Source: Candidatus Melainabacteria bacterium 17Bon1m
GTDB taxonomy: Bacteria > Cyanobacteriota > Vampirovibrionia > Obscuribacterales > Obscuribacteraceae
Assembly (NCBI GenBank): GCA_032128875.1
Contig: JAVLKG010000012.1
Span: 1 to 64,000 of the forward strand
DNA: 64,000 nt
Direction of reading: 5' to 3'
A program made the translations under genes and the position numbers. Below the pieces are notes generated by a model, which was not told the DNA's origin, did not search any database, and saw only the letters and a list, made by a program, of their open reading frames with translations. Below, in pieces: positions 49,793 through 60,512 of the stretch. Numbering within the stretch: position 1 is the first letter of the stretch; the number at the start of each line of letters is the position of its first letter.

Positions 49793-50275
49793 ATGGAAGC
49801 GTCAATCACACTAATTACATCCCAAAAGGCGTTCAATCAGTTCTTTCCTGGTCTGATGTGGGATTGCGCGTATGTGAAAGAATCGCATTTTGTGCAGGCT
49901 CAGTGGCAAGCGCCCAATGGTGTGGCTTTTAAGGAACAGTCGATTCTACGCATCTTGTTCATGCTTCCGTGTGAGCTAGCGAATCAGGCTTTGGAGCTTG
50001 TCGCCTATGATGTTTCAAATTACTCAATGGCAGAGTGGCTTGATGACTGCGTTCCCACCGGCTCAATCAAGAGCCGGCAAGCAGAAGTTTCCTTCGGCCC
50101 CGTGACTATCAAATCAGCTTGTATCGGCTATCGCTGGGTCGATAACATCTCGTCCGGTCGGCACCAGTTTTTCACGCAAGAAGGATACTTCGACGAGCAA
50201 GGCCGTATCGTTGAGCCATACAATATTGACTGGCCGAGTGAGATGGATAAGCCGATCGAGGCAGTTGCTGACTAA
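49793..50275 (+). CDS. Hypothetical protein, paralog of the next gene
   Basis: Shares ITLITSQK, KES, LRILFxLPC, YRWxDN, PxNIDW with 50293-50772. Confidence 0.8.
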   Translation: MEASITLITSQKAFNQFFPGLMWDCAYVKESHFVQAQWQAPNGVAFKEQSILRILFMLPCELANQALELVAYDVSNYSMAEWLDDCVPTGSIKSRQAEVSFGPVTIKSACIGYRWVDNISSGRHQFFTQEGYFDEQGRIVEPYNIDWPSEMDKPIEAVAD

Positions 50276-50292
50276 CAAATGAGGCATTTTGA

Positions 50293-50772
50293 ATGAGCGC
50301 TGGCATCACACTGATCACCTCTCAGAAAGTGTTTGATGAGACTATTGCTTCATTAGACTGGCATGATGCTTTCATTAAGGAATCAATTTTTGTAGCAGGA
50401 ATATGGTTTCGTGCTGGAGGCGTTGCTTCTGGTGATGGCGATGTCTTACGGATTTTGTTCGTTCTGCCGTGTCAGTTTCCGAATTCTGCCTTGGAAGTTA
50501 TTGCATATGGTGTTAAACAATATCAACTGGCGAGTTTCTTGGATGACCACTCCCCTATCGCCGAAATTCGCCGACGAGATGCACACTTAAATCTTGGAAC
50601 ATTCGTGTCAGTCCATGCTTCTTGTTTTGCATACCGCTGGTTAGATAACCGTTTTGCTGGTTTTGAAACTTGCTACTCAGCTCTACCTATTCATAATGAA
50701 TTGGGAGAGCTACTTTATCCATTTAACATTGATTGGCGCACTGCAATGGATCTTGTATCCGATCTAAGTTGA
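50293..50772 (+). CDS. Hypothetical protein, paralog of the previous gene
   Basis: Same shared blocks; GAGG RBS. Confidence 0.8.
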   Translation: MSAGITLITSQKVFDETIASLDWHDAFIKESIFVAGIWFRAGGVASGDGDVLRILFVLPCQFPNSALEVIAYGVKQYQLASFLDDHSPIAEIRRRDAHLNLGTFVSVHASCFAYRWLDNRFAGFETCYSALPIHNELGELLYPFNIDWRTAMDLVSDLS

Positions 50773-50863
50773 ACTGCGCTACAGAATAGACGCACTTTGT
50801 CTTCAATTGTGTGATGTGAGTCAGTGAGCAAGGAAAAAAGCAATTACAACATGGACAAAAACT

Positions 50864-51679
50864 TTACTGAACGTTGAATTTCCTTTGGTAGTCCGCAAGT
50901 ATTGCCCTTTCTTTTGCCGCGTTCTTTTTGTCTCCCTTCTTTTCATAGAGCTCAAGAAGCAATTTGTGCGCTTTCATATTTGTTGGAAGCGTTTGCACTG
51001 CTTGCTGAAGATCGGCAATTGCTTTTTTGTCTTGGTGCATCGCCATGTGTGCTTCGGCTCTGCGTCTTAAATTCGAAGAGTATGCCTTCGGATCATTTTT
51101 CTTCATTGCGATCAACTCGGTCTCGTCTTTTATGACTATAGGCCAACGTTTTAACTCTTTAGCCATATCGGAGTGAAGTGTTCTTATTACATCGTTGTCC
51201 GGAAACTTCTGCAAGAAGAGCTCCGATTCTTTCAACGCCTCGTCATATCGATGCAACTTCTGGAGGGGGCGAATTCTCACGCCTAAATAACCTTGAGAAC
51301 ATGCCATCGCTTTGTCCGCGGCTTTCAAAGCTAATTCCGGCTTGTTTTGCAAGAACAGAACTTCCGATTTCTTATTCCAAGCTTGTCCGTTCTTCGGCTC
51401 AAGTGACAGTGCTTTGTCGAGATTGCGAATTGCTTCGTCAGAATTGATGTCTGAAAGAATTAAACCCTTTAGGTAGTAAAAATTCGCGTTTTTGGGATCG
51501 AGCGCGATTGCCTCATCGATCTGCCGAAGCGCCAAGTTTCGCTTAGCGGGTTTTTGGCTGTTGTCTGTCGCCAGTTGGAAAAGTATGCTGGCTCGAGTTT
51601 GAGCTGATGGTCCGGCGAGTGACGGATTTGCACCGAGAAACAAGATGAGAAGAGAAAGAGCAAGAACGTTGGTAAACAT
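50864..51679 (-). CDS. Exported TPR protein
   Basis: Signal-like N-terminus; TPRs (AIALDPKN, ALSLEPKN). Confidence 0.85.
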   Translation of the reverse strand: MFTNVLALSLLILFLGANPSLAGPSAQTRASILFQLATDNSQKPAKRNLALRQIDEAIALDPKNANFYYLKGLILSDINSDEAIRNLDKALSLEPKNGQAWNKKSEVLFLQNKPELALKAADKAMACSQGYLGVRIRPLQKLHRYDEALKESELFLQKFPDNDVIRTLHSDMAKELKRWPIVIKDETELIAMKKNDPKAYSSNLRRRAEAHMAMHQDKKAIADLQQAVQTLPTNMKAHKLLLELYEKKGDKKNAAKERAILADYQRKFNVQ

Positions 51680-51897
51680 GCAGTCTGGCTCGAATTTGTG
51701 CTTGTAGAGCGCAATATTAACATGGCAAAATGGCAAATCTCGCAGCTCTGGATGGTTTTGCCGGCTGTCAATGTTGTAAATTCACTCCCTTTGCAACGGC
51801 TCGCTTTTCTAGGTCTGTGACGCTCAGACCAGGTAGAATATATACTTTCAAAGGAATCGAGAGGCGAAGGAGCCGGGCTGTGTCATCAAACACTGAA

Positions 51898-53514
51898 ATG
51901 CGGAGTACGCGCTTGAAAATAGTTAGCAAAGCACCGATATACGGCGTTCTTGCTGGGTTGCTTTTAAGTGGTGTTCTCCCATTGTCCGCTGTTGCGGCAC
52001 CCGCTACCTGGTCTGACTTCTTTACTGATGGTCAAAAAGCGCTGGAGCAGCAGAGCTTGTCGCTTGCCGAAAGTAAGTTTAGAAAGGCTTACGCGTATGT
52101 GTTGAGGCAGTCGAAAAATCCGGCGGATGAAGAGAAGTGCATGCTCAAGCTGGCTGCGACGCTGGCGTTGGAAGATAAAACGGTGGAAGCGCAGGCGCTC
52201 TACCAGAAATTACTTAGGCTCCTCACAAGCCGTTATGGTGTTCACAGCGCGCAGGTTGCGCCAGTATTGATGGCACTCGGTTCTCTGCAAGAAGCGGAGG
52301 GCGACCATTCGTCTGCAATGAGCTATTACCAACAAGCTCTATCAATTAACGAGTCAAGCTACGGTCCTTATAGTCCTTACGTCGCTAGTTCGTTGCGTCG
52401 AATGGGGCGCGCCAGCAAGAAAGCAGGCAGAATAAAAGACGCCGAGACGCACTATCAAAGAGCGATTTCTATACTTTCGAAAGATCCTAACGCCGATGCT
52501 GCGTCGCAGCTCGAAGGTGTGATGCATGATTATGGTGATTTGCTGAAGGGAAACGATAATTCGAACAAAGACTTGATCAAAGACTTTCAAGAAGACATTT
52601 TGAACAGCAAAAATCCGCCATCGCCGCAGCCGGAAAAACGTATTCAAGGCAGCGTTCAAAGTGGTGTTCAAAGAAGTGCCCAAATCAGCGCACAAAGCAG
52701 TACGCAAAGCGGCATTGCGAGCACTCAGAGTGAAAGCGAGAGAGTTGAACTTCGTCAGACCATTCCACCTACTGCTAGTTCGCAATCGCAGTTTCAAATT
52801 GCTAGCCAAAATCAGCTGGCGACTTCTCGACAAGGACAAACAGATGCGAACAGCGCTGTTGCTCTGCGCGGACTGATCGATCCGACCTCAGATAGAACTT
52901 TGGCACCAGCGTACAAGGTGCTCAGTGACTCGATTTTTAAACAGAACCGTTTTGAAAAAGGTGAGACATACTATCAGCGCATGATTGCAATTGATATCGA
53001 TGCGCTAGGTCCAAACCACCCGTCCGTTGCTAACGATCTGAATGGTTTGGCACAACTCTATATTGCTCAGCAACGCTATAAAGAAGCGCAACCATTGTTA
53101 ATTCGTGCTTTGCCGATTTACGAACAGGTGTATGGATCGAATAACCTACTCACCGTAAATACCCGGGCATCGCTCGCGTCTGTTGAATTGCAATTGGGCA
53201 ACTCAGACAAAGCGGCAGAACTATTTAGAAACGCGCTTACACAAGGGAAAACAGCGTTGGGTCCAAACAGTATTGAGACTGCGCGAATCTTGAATAACCT
53301 CGCATACTCGAAATACAAGCAAGGAAATTTGGATGAAGCACGTACATTCTATGAATGGGCGATCGCTAGTACTGAAGGCGCGGTTGGTGATAAGGACACG
53401 TTGCTTGCAGCATGTTTGCGGGATTACGCTCAAGTGCTAAGAAGCCTCGGTCGCGTGCAAGATGCAACTGCTGCTGAAAGCCGCGCTGCGAAAATCTTGG
53501 CGGAAGCGAAGTAA
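51898..53514 (+). CDS. Exported TPR protein (kinesin-light-chain-like repeats)
   Basis: LGPNHPSVANDLNGLAQLY; start uncertain. Confidence 0.85.
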   Translation: MRSTRLKIVSKAPIYGVLAGLLLSGVLPLSAVAAPATWSDFFTDGQKALEQQSLSLAESKFRKAYAYVLRQSKNPADEEKCMLKLAATLALEDKTVEAQALYQKLLRLLTSRYGVHSAQVAPVLMALGSLQEAEGDHSSAMSYYQQALSINESSYGPYSPYVASSLRRMGRASKKAGRIKDAETHYQRAISILSKDPNADAASQLEGVMHDYGDLLKGNDNSNKDLIKDFQEDILNSKNPPSPQPEKRIQGSVQSGVQRSAQISAQSSTQSGIASTQSESERVELRQTIPPTASSQSQFQIASQNQLATSRQGQTDANSAVALRGLIDPTSDRTLAPAYKVLSDSIFKQNRFEKGETYYQRMIAIDIDALGPNHPSVANDLNGLAQLYIAQQRYKEAQPLLIRALPIYEQVYGSNNLLTVNTRASLASVELQLGNSDKAAELFRNALTQGKTALGPNSIETARILNNLAYSKYKQGNLDEARTFYEWAIASTEGAVGDKDTLLAACLRDYAQVLRSLGRVQDATAAESRAAKILAEAK

Positions 53515-53520
53515 ATTACT

Positions 53521-54798
53521 CTACCCTTTGTTGACAGGATTTACTTTCGACTGATTATCCAGTTCTTCGCTGCCCTCTGTTGCCACCATGTCGCCTTCGC
53601 GCAGGTCGCCGAACACTTCAACCATGCCGTCCATGAGCTGACCTTTTCGTACCGTTACCCATTCGACTACGTCGTTTTTGACACGGCAAACAAAAGTGTT
53701 AAGAGGTGTAGACACCACAGCGGAAACTGGCACGAAGAGCGACGATTCGCGGCGGCGTGTTGGCCAATATACTTTGCAGAACATACCAGGGAGGACCTTA
53801 AAGTCCGGATTGAGGAAGTTGAGTTCGACCGGCATCGTCCGCGTATCTTTATCAAGGTCGTTGCTGATACGAGCGACTGTTCCTGTGAAACGTTTGTCAG
53901 GGAAGGACGAAACCGAGAATTGGACTTCTGATCCGAGGACAACGCCAGCAGCGTCAACCTCAGGAACTGGAGCGATAATACGGAGCAGATCTAGTTGTTT
54001 TAATCGGCAAATTGGAGGATACGCTCCCGTTCCATCAGGGCCAACGAAGCTGCCGACGTGCATTTTTCTTTCAGTGACATATCCGTCAAATGGTGCAGGA
54101 ATTTCTAGGTATGAAGCGAAGTCTGCAAAGTTTTCGAATGACTTTGTCATTGCGTCCACTTCTTCCTTTTTCATCGCTACTTCGTGTGCTTTTGCATTGA
54201 CGCGTTTTATAAATGTATTGACGTCTTGGCGATCGGCTTCGACCGTTTGCGCCCACTGCACCACATCGTTGTCGGCAATTACGCCTGGGACAAGCGAAGC
54301 CGTGTAAACACGCTGATAGGTTGACTGATCGGCAAGCAGAGTTGCTTGATGTTTTTTCAGCTCCGCTTGCAGATCGCTTAATCTTGATTCTTCTGCAGAT
54401 AGTGCGGCTTTGAGGGCTGAGACCTTTGCTTGTGCTTCTGTCCTGCGCGCCAAATACTCGGGCGCGTACATCTTTACCATCGGCTGTCCCTGTTTCACAA
54501 TAGAGCCACGGTCGACACCGAGCCATTTGATGAAACCTGGTACTTTCGGATAGATAAGAACATCCTGATATGCGTTGATTTCTCCGGGAAGTTGGTCTTC
54601 GCGAAAAAGTGTCTTCGACACTACCTTGCTGACAGGAAGAGAAACAATTGTCTGTTTTTCTTCTGTCGAAACCAACGGTTGATTGTGTCGCATTTGCAAA
54701 AGGAAGAACGCACCGCCTGCCAGCGCAAGAACGATGACGACGAATATCAAATTTTTCGGACTGAATATTGATGATTTTTCGGTATGACTTTCCATCAC
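53521..54798 (-). CDS. RND efflux membrane fusion protein
   Basis: IYPKVPGFI, APFDGYVTER, LPGMF. Confidence 0.92.
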   Translation of the reverse strand: MMESHTEKSSIFSPKNLIFVVIVLALAGGAFFLLQMRHNQPLVSTEEKQTIVSLPVSKVVSKTLFREDQLPGEINAYQDVLIYPKVPGFIKWLGVDRGSIVKQGQPMVKMYAPEYLARRTEAQAKVSALKAALSAEESRLSDLQAELKKHQATLLADQSTYQRVYTASLVPGVIADNDVVQWAQTVEADRQDVNTFIKRVNAKAHEVAMKKEEVDAMTKSFENFADFASYLEIPAPFDGYVTERKMHVGSFVGPDGTGAYPPICRLKQLDLLRIIAPVPEVDAAGVVLGSEVQFSVSSFPDKRFTGTVARISNDLDKDTRTMPVELNFLNPDFKVLPGMFCKVYWPTRRRESSLFVPVSAVVSTPLNTFVCRVKNDVVEWVTVRKGQLMDGMVEVFGDLREGDMVATEGSEELDNQSKVNPVNKG

Positions 54799-54812
54799 GT
54801 TTTGTCCTTAAC

Positions 54813-57800
54813 TTAAAACCCGAGATCGTCTGGATGAAGTGATCTTGATTTGAGAGTTGCCTTGTTCTGAATAATTGCGAATACAAGTGGCAGCAGCGTC
54901 AGAACTGACAGTGTTGACATAGTCAGGCCACCAATAACTGCGCGTCCCAATGGTGCGCTTTGAGTTGACGAAAGTGCCATCGGCACCATACCTGCTACCA
55001 TTGCGATCGAGGTCATAAGAATCGGACGCATCCGTTGCTGCGCTCCGTGAATTGCTGCTTCTTCGGCATCCATGCCTTTAGCTCGACTTTCTTCCGCAAA
55101 CACGACCATCAAAATCGCGTTTGCAATTCCGACACCAATACACATGATTGCTCCCATGAACGACTGCACGTTGAGCGTCGTGCCGGTGATTGTGAGCATC
55201 GTCAAAACACCAAGCAAAATAGCAGGCGTCGTTGACATAACGATCAATACAACTCGTGCAGCTTGGAAGTAAGCAAGCAGCATCAGTGTGATAACCACAA
55301 CCGCGAGTACGAGTCCAGAAAGCAAGTGGAAGAAGGTATCTTCGAGTAGAGGAACCTGACCCATCACATCAACGAAAACGCCCGCAGGAGGTTTGCCAGC
55401 GCGACGCACGGCTTCTTTTACGGCATCGCCAACGCGTCCTAAATCGTTTCCTTGCAAATTGGCCGTCAATGACACCATGCGCATCATGTTGTAGCGATCG
55501 AACTCACCATTTGTAGTGCCATAGGCTACGTTCGCCACATCTTGAATAAGTGGGTGTTGTGCGTAACGAGGTTTGCGGTCTGGATAATAACGGTTCGTCA
55601 CTTGATCTTCGAGTTGATCTTTCCACTCTGACATCTCAATTCGTTTTGCACTGTTCATGGTCGGGAATTTTGCGATGTCGTCTTTCGATCGAATTTGATC
55701 TTGCGGCACCTGGACTTGTACCTGATATGAGAATCCGCTGTCTTTGTCACGCCACAAACTGAGATGGACGAATCGGCTCGAGAAATAAGCCGGTTGCAAC
55801 GATCTGCCTATATCCAGCGGCGTTACACCGAGCTGTCCGGCGAGTTCTCTATCAATGTCAATCTGCACCGACGGATAGTCGAGCGCTTGTCCCCACTGAA
55901 GATCTCTTAACTCCGGGATCTTCTGCATCTCTTTCAAAATTTTGCCGGCGAAAACTTTGTCCGCGATGATATTGTGTCCCGATACTTGCACCGTAATTGG
56001 TGTCGGTGATCCGAGGTTCATAATCTGACTGACTAGGTCGCCGGGCTCGAAGGAGAATCTCGTGTCAGGAATATCTTTGGAAAGTCTTTGTCTCAGGCGC
56101 TCTTTGAAGTCAGACATATTGATCTTCGCATCCTCCTTCAACTGAACATCCATAACCGCTTGGTGCGGTCCGCTTGTCCAAAGGAAGGCAGAACTGATAA
56201 CGAAGAACGGTGGTTGCTGACCTGCATAGCCAAGAGTTTTTTCAACGTTCTCTTTGCCGGCGAGTTCTTTCACTATTTCTAAAGTGCGCAAGACGCGTTT
56301 TTCCAAGGCTTCTACGCGCATGCCTGTGGGCGCTGAAATCCGCATACGGAATTGCGAGCTGCCCGAATCAGGGAACAACTGTTTCCCGATGTTTCCATAT
56401 AAGAGCACGACTAGCGTGACGGCAATTCCGACGTAACCAAATACGAGCACCAGGCGCAGTGGCATCAAAAACTTGAGCAAATCGCCAAGCTTGTCTTTAA
56501 CGCCCTCAATCCAATCAGGCTTCTTCTCTTTCTCACCTTCGCCACCATGTTCTGGTTTGATCAACCAAACACCGAGAATCGGTACAAGAGTCGATGCAAG
56601 GGTAGTCGATGCGATCATCGCAAAGCCGACCGCAAGCGAAAGAGGAATAAATAATTCGCGCGTAATGCCGGTCATAAAAAATGACGGTACGAATACTGCC
56701 ACCACGGATAGCATGGCTAACAGACGCGGCACCATGGTCTCGACGCAGGCATCGAAAACCGCCCGGTGTAATATTGCCCCTTCTGCAAGGTGGCTGTGTA
56801 TGTTTTCAATACAAACTGTCGCCTCATCGACGAGAATTCCGATTGCCAGCGCTAGACCGCTGAGTGTTTGGATGTTGAAGGTTTGCCCACAGAGCCACAA
56901 TCCGACGATCGCGGACATGAGCGAAATCGGAATGGTTGTGACGACGATGAGCGTGCTGCGGAAGTCTTTTAAGAAGAGCAAGATCATCAAACCAGGCAAG
57001 ATTGTCCCCATCAAACCTTCATGAAAGACGTCGTTGATTGCCTCTCTGACATACTTGGATTGGTCGAATTCATAACTGATCTTTACATCGTCAGGCAGCA
57101 CCGCTTGCATTCTTTTTAGCGCTTCGCGAAGCGCGTCAACGACCGAAACTGTCGATGCGTCCGCGCGTTTTACAGCAGGAATGTAGACGGTTTGTTTGCC
57201 TTGAAACAATGCATATCCGGCCAGGATGTCCGATGAATCTTGAATTACGCCAATGTCCTTAATGAATATCTGTGGACCATGGCCGGTTCGTATTGGCAAA
57301 TAATCCAGTTGATGGATATCCGGCAAGTCTGTGTTGACTGTCGCTATGCGCATGTAATCATCTGTGCGCACGTTGCCGGACGGCAGCACCTGGTTGCCGC
57401 CGTTGAGTGCTTCGATGACCTCATCGCCAGAGATGTTGTAGCGACGCAGTTTGTCCGCGTCGACGCTGATGACTATACTGCGTACATTGCCGCCGAAAGG
57501 AGGCGGAGCTTCCGCTCCCGGCACCGTCGCCAACATGGGGCGAATGCGCGTGTATGCAAGGTCTTCTAAGTCTTTTACTGACTTCGTATCTGACGATAAG
57601 ACGAGCTGTCCTACCGGCAAACTTCCAGGGTCGAATCGCAACACGAAAGGGTTATATGTTCCCTTCGGCATCAAACTGGTGGCGCGGTTGCACATTGCCA
57701 CAATCGCAGCCATTGCGCTCGCCATGTCGGTGTCTGGATGGAAATAGACTTTCATCAAACACAAGTTCTGAACAGTCTTCGACTCGATGTGTTCGATACC

Positions 57801-58025
57801 GGGCACGTACAAGAAATACAATTCATACGTTGATGTGATGTAGCCCTCGATTTGCTCGGGCGACATGCCGCCATAACCCTGAATGACGTAAATTGCGGGA
57901 ATCTTCAAGTCCGGGAAGATATCGCGCTTCATGCTTGTGATTGCCATCACCGAAATAAGCACTATGCTCAAAACGGCCGCCACAACAGTGATCGGTCGTT
58001 TCATTGCAAATGCGATTATCCACAT
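54813..58025 (-). CDS. RND efflux permease
   Basis: DIFPDL, GILVDEA, RMRPILMT, PLGRAVIGG. Confidence 0.95.
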   Translation of the reverse strand: MWIIAFAMKRPITVVAAVLSIVLISVMAITSMKRDIFPDLKIPAIYVIQGYGGMSPEQIEGYITSTYELYFLYVPGIEHIESKTVQNLCLMKVYFHPDTDMASAMAAIVAMCNRATSLMPKGTYNPFVLRFDPGSLPVGQLVLSSDTKSVKDLEDLAYTRIRPMLATVPGAEAPPPFGGNVRSIVISVDADKLRRYNISGDEVIEALNGGNQVLPSGNVRTDDYMRIATVNTDLPDIHQLDYLPIRTGHGPQIFIKDIGVIQDSSDILAGYALFQGKQTVYIPAVKRADASTVSVVDALREALKRMQAVLPDDVKISYEFDQSKYVREAINDVFHEGLMGTILPGLMILLFLKDFRSTLIVVTTIPISLMSAIVGLWLCGQTFNIQTLSGLALAIGILVDEATVCIENIHSHLAEGAILHRAVFDACVETMVPRLLAMLSVVAVFVPSFFMTGITRELFIPLSLAVGFAMIASTTLASTLVPILGVWLIKPEHGGEGEKEKKPDWIEGVKDKLGDLLKFLMPLRLVLVFGYVGIAVTLVVLLYGNIGKQLFPDSGSSQFRMRISAPTGMRVEALEKRVLRTLEIVKELAGKENVEKTLGYAGQQPPFFVISSAFLWTSGPHQAVMDVQLKEDAKINMSDFKERLRQRLSKDIPDTRFSFEPGDLVSQIMNLGSPTPITVQVSGHNIIADKVFAGKILKEMQKIPELRDLQWGQALDYPSVQIDIDRELAGQLGVTPLDIGRSLQPAYFSSRFVHLSLWRDKDSGFSYQVQVQVPQDQIRSKDDIAKFPTMNSAKRIEMSEWKDQLEDQVTNRYYPDRKPRYAQHPLIQDVANVAYGTTNGEFDRYNMMRMVSLTANLQGNDLGRVGDAVKEAVRRAGKPPAGVFVDVMGQVPLLEDTFFHLLSGLVLAVVVITLMLLAYFQAARVVLIVMSTTPAILLGVLTMLTITGTTLNVQSFMGAIMCIGVGIANAILMVVFAEESRAKGMDAEEAAIHGAQQRMRPILMTSIAMVAGMVPMALSSTQSAPLGRAVIGGLTMSTLSVLTLLPLVFAIIQNKATLKSRSLHPDDLGF

Positions 58026-58034
58026 ATAGTCGCT

Positions 58035-59543
58035 TTATCCCTGATTGCCTTTGCTATTTCCGGACACAATGTCGACCAATTGAAGGAATGGTCCCAGGTC
58101 TCCTTGCACGTAGCCAAGGTGCAGAATCGAGCGCCAGACCTCAATCTGCGCCAGGGCATTTTCTACTTCCGCCTCTGCGAGCGCCTTTTCTGCGTCCGCC
58201 AGCGAAACCATGTTTGTCAATCCAGCGCTGTATCGCTTCAGTACCTTGATTTCTCTCACGCGCGCCGATTCAACCAAAATTGGAGTCTGCGCCGCCACCT
58301 TTCGCGTCATCTCCAGCTCGATTCGAGCACGTGCATCTTTGCGTTCGAGCACCTGCATCGCCAGGTCGAAGTCAGCCTTGGCGGCCAACTGATTGCTGCG
58401 CGCCATGTCTTTTTGGGCTTTCAACGGAAAGTATTCAAGAACGGGGAAGCTGTACGAGACGCCGACCATGTAGTTGAAAACTTGAGGGAGAAATCCGCCC
58501 GCGACGGCACCAATCGGATTTACCGATTTGTCTGCGCCGCTGCCCCTGCCCCAGGCTGAAGCGTTCAACCACAAGTGTGGACGCCATGCCTTGTCGAGGA
58601 CGTCCCACTTGGCTTTCCATCGATAAATTTCTGCCTCTTTCATGCGTGCCAAAGGGTGCGAGGTCAAATCGACCGAGGAGACGGAGTTTAGGTACATCGG
58701 ACTGCGGGTGAGCGGGTCTGAGACTATATCGATGTCAGTCGAAGCGGTGCCCATCTTTTCTGCCAGATCGACAAGCGCTAGGCGCGTACTTTTTTCTGCC
58801 TTAATTAGGGCGATCTTGGTTCTAGAAACCTCAAAATCCCAGTCGGCCGCATCGACGCCGGGTCGTAAGCCTTCAGACACCAAGGTTTTCGCGCGCAAGT
58901 TTGCGGCTTCCATATGCTCGAGCGCGGCATTAGTTGACTTGATGATTTGCTTGGCAGCGACAGCGTCAAGGAATGCATCAGCGGCGTGAAACGCGACATC
59001 TAGTTTTGTTAGAGCGACATCGGCGCGCGCGGTTCGTGCGTCAGCATACGCAAAGCGGTCGTTGGCTTTTCGCATGCCGTAGTCGACGAGCAACCAGTTC
59101 AAGTTCAAACCCTGCAAATTGTTGCACTCTGGTGTAAGAGTGGTGCTCTTCACCGTCGGACCTGAATCGACAGGCACAGTATCGAAGCCGGACACGTTGT
59201 TCATAACAACGCTGGCGATGCGGTTTGGTGTGACGGCAGACACTTGAGTGTCGATGTTCAAGTTAGGTAAATACTGAGTTTTCGCGAGAGCGACGTTTGC
59301 TTTGGCCGCCCGCAGTTTAAAGAGCTTGCTTGTAATCTGCGGGTAGTTGCGAAGTGAAACATCGACAGCTTCGCGAATTGTCACTGCTTGGGTCGGGCGA
59401 ATCGGCTGAAACTGAATGTCTGGAACTTCTACTTCTCGACCGGCGGAGTAAGCTGGAAGATTGATACTTGTCAGTAACACGGCGACAAAAGCCAGGATAG
59501 CTACTACGCTTTTTCCTGGTTTCAACTGGGTCATTTTATGCAA
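58035..59543 (-). CDS. TolC-family outer membrane efflux protein
   Basis: Signal peptide; YLPNL, RYSAGL; first gene of the RND operon. Confidence 0.9.
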   Translation of the reverse strand: MHKMTQLKPGKSVVAILAFVAVLLTSINLPAYSAGREVEVPDIQFQPIRPTQAVTIREAVDVSLRNYPQITSKLFKLRAAKANVALAKTQYLPNLNIDTQVSAVTPNRIASVVMNNVSGFDTVPVDSGPTVKSTTLTPECNNLQGLNLNWLLVDYGMRKANDRFAYADARTARADVALTKLDVAFHAADAFLDAVAAKQIIKSTNAALEHMEAANLRAKTLVSEGLRPGVDAADWDFEVSRTKIALIKAEKSTRLALVDLAEKMGTASTDIDIVSDPLTRSPMYLNSVSSVDLTSHPLARMKEAEIYRWKAKWDVLDKAWRPHLWLNASAWGRGSGADKSVNPIGAVAGGFLPQVFNYMVGVSYSFPVLEYFPLKAQKDMARSNQLAAKADFDLAMQVLERKDARARIELEMTRKVAAQTPILVESARVREIKVLKRYSAGLTNMVSLADAEKALAEAEVENALAQIEVWRSILHLGYVQGDLGPFLQLVDIVSGNSKGNQG

Positions 59544-59746
59544 AGCCGGTTATCCAAAGACGCTGAATCGCGATGATTTCAGGAGGCACCTGCCCTGGGT
59601 GCTTTCAAATCTGCGACCGGCGGTCGCCGCAAATCAGCGTATATTTTACAAGAAATTCCGCCCGTCATTCTGATAAGACAGATGCTTTGAATACTTGATA
59701 TCGTCGTGCACCGGTTGAAGTTGTCGAGTCCGACGCGCCTTTTGCA

Positions 59747-60502
59747 ATGCGGGCTGGGGAGAGTAGAATCAGCATCATGGAAAGTTGCAGTCAAGAGAAA
59801 AGTGGGAAGGGGGGGGCGCAAGTTTTTCGCGCGCAGTTTTCGCATTCTCGAGTATTCTTTGCAGCTATTCTTGCGACTCTGCTGTGCACCACCATTGGTG
59901 CGTATGCTGATCCTATTGTTGATGAATCCACCGCTTCTCGTTCGGAGATGGAAACACCACCAGACAAAGGTGGTGATACGCAATCGCGCGTCGATTACTT
60001 ACGCGAGGAAGAACGAGAGCGCAAAGAAATTCGCGAACGCCGAGATGAGAAACGGGAAGAGCTTGAGATGAAAGCTCGCCAGGCAAGAAGTCTGTACGAT
60101 CCTTTTGATGGCTCGGAATTTAAGAAGAAGTCGTTTATTGATACCGACTTTCGCAAACAGAGCTTTACAGATCTTGGTGCTGTAAAACGAAGGAATGACA
60201 CTCGCCCAGACGACGATGCAGCTCGTACCAAAGATTTGTTTGGTAAGACTGCGGATGATCGGACCTCTTACTTTTATGCGCGGGAGAAAATGAAACGCGA
60301 TTTGCGTGAGAAACTACGCGATGACAAAATTTTGAGAGATTTGACGAAACCCATTCCGGGGGCTTTGCATGATTGGGTGCCGAAAGGACCAGACCCAATT
60401 CACAACGGCGGTTTCGAGCGCGAAGAGGATAATGGTCATCCTGTTCCTTACCATTTGAATGGTCACCCGGACTTTCAGCGTAAACTTCCCTGGGCGGAGT
60501 GA
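59747..60502 (+). CDS. Hypothetical exported charged protein
   Basis: Hydrophobic segment ending AYA, followed by a charged coil; start uncertain. Confidence 0.65.
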   Translation: MRAGESRISIMESCSQEKSGKGGAQVFRAQFSHSRVFFAAILATLLCTTIGAYADPIVDESTASRSEMETPPDKGGDTQSRVDYLREEERERKEIRERRDEKREELEMKARQARSLYDPFDGSEFKKKSFIDTDFRKQSFTDLGAVKRRNDTRPDDDAARTKDLFGKTADDRTSYFYAREKMKRDLREKLRDDKILRDLTKPIPGALHDWVPKGPDPIHNGGFEREEDNGHPVPYHLNGHPDFQRKLPWAE

Positions 60503-60512
60503 GATTGAATTG

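Noticed and set aside
59633-59665. Eighth copy of the 29-bp motif (TTTACAAGAAATTCCGCC)
   Set aside because: Only a partial match, too weak to call.
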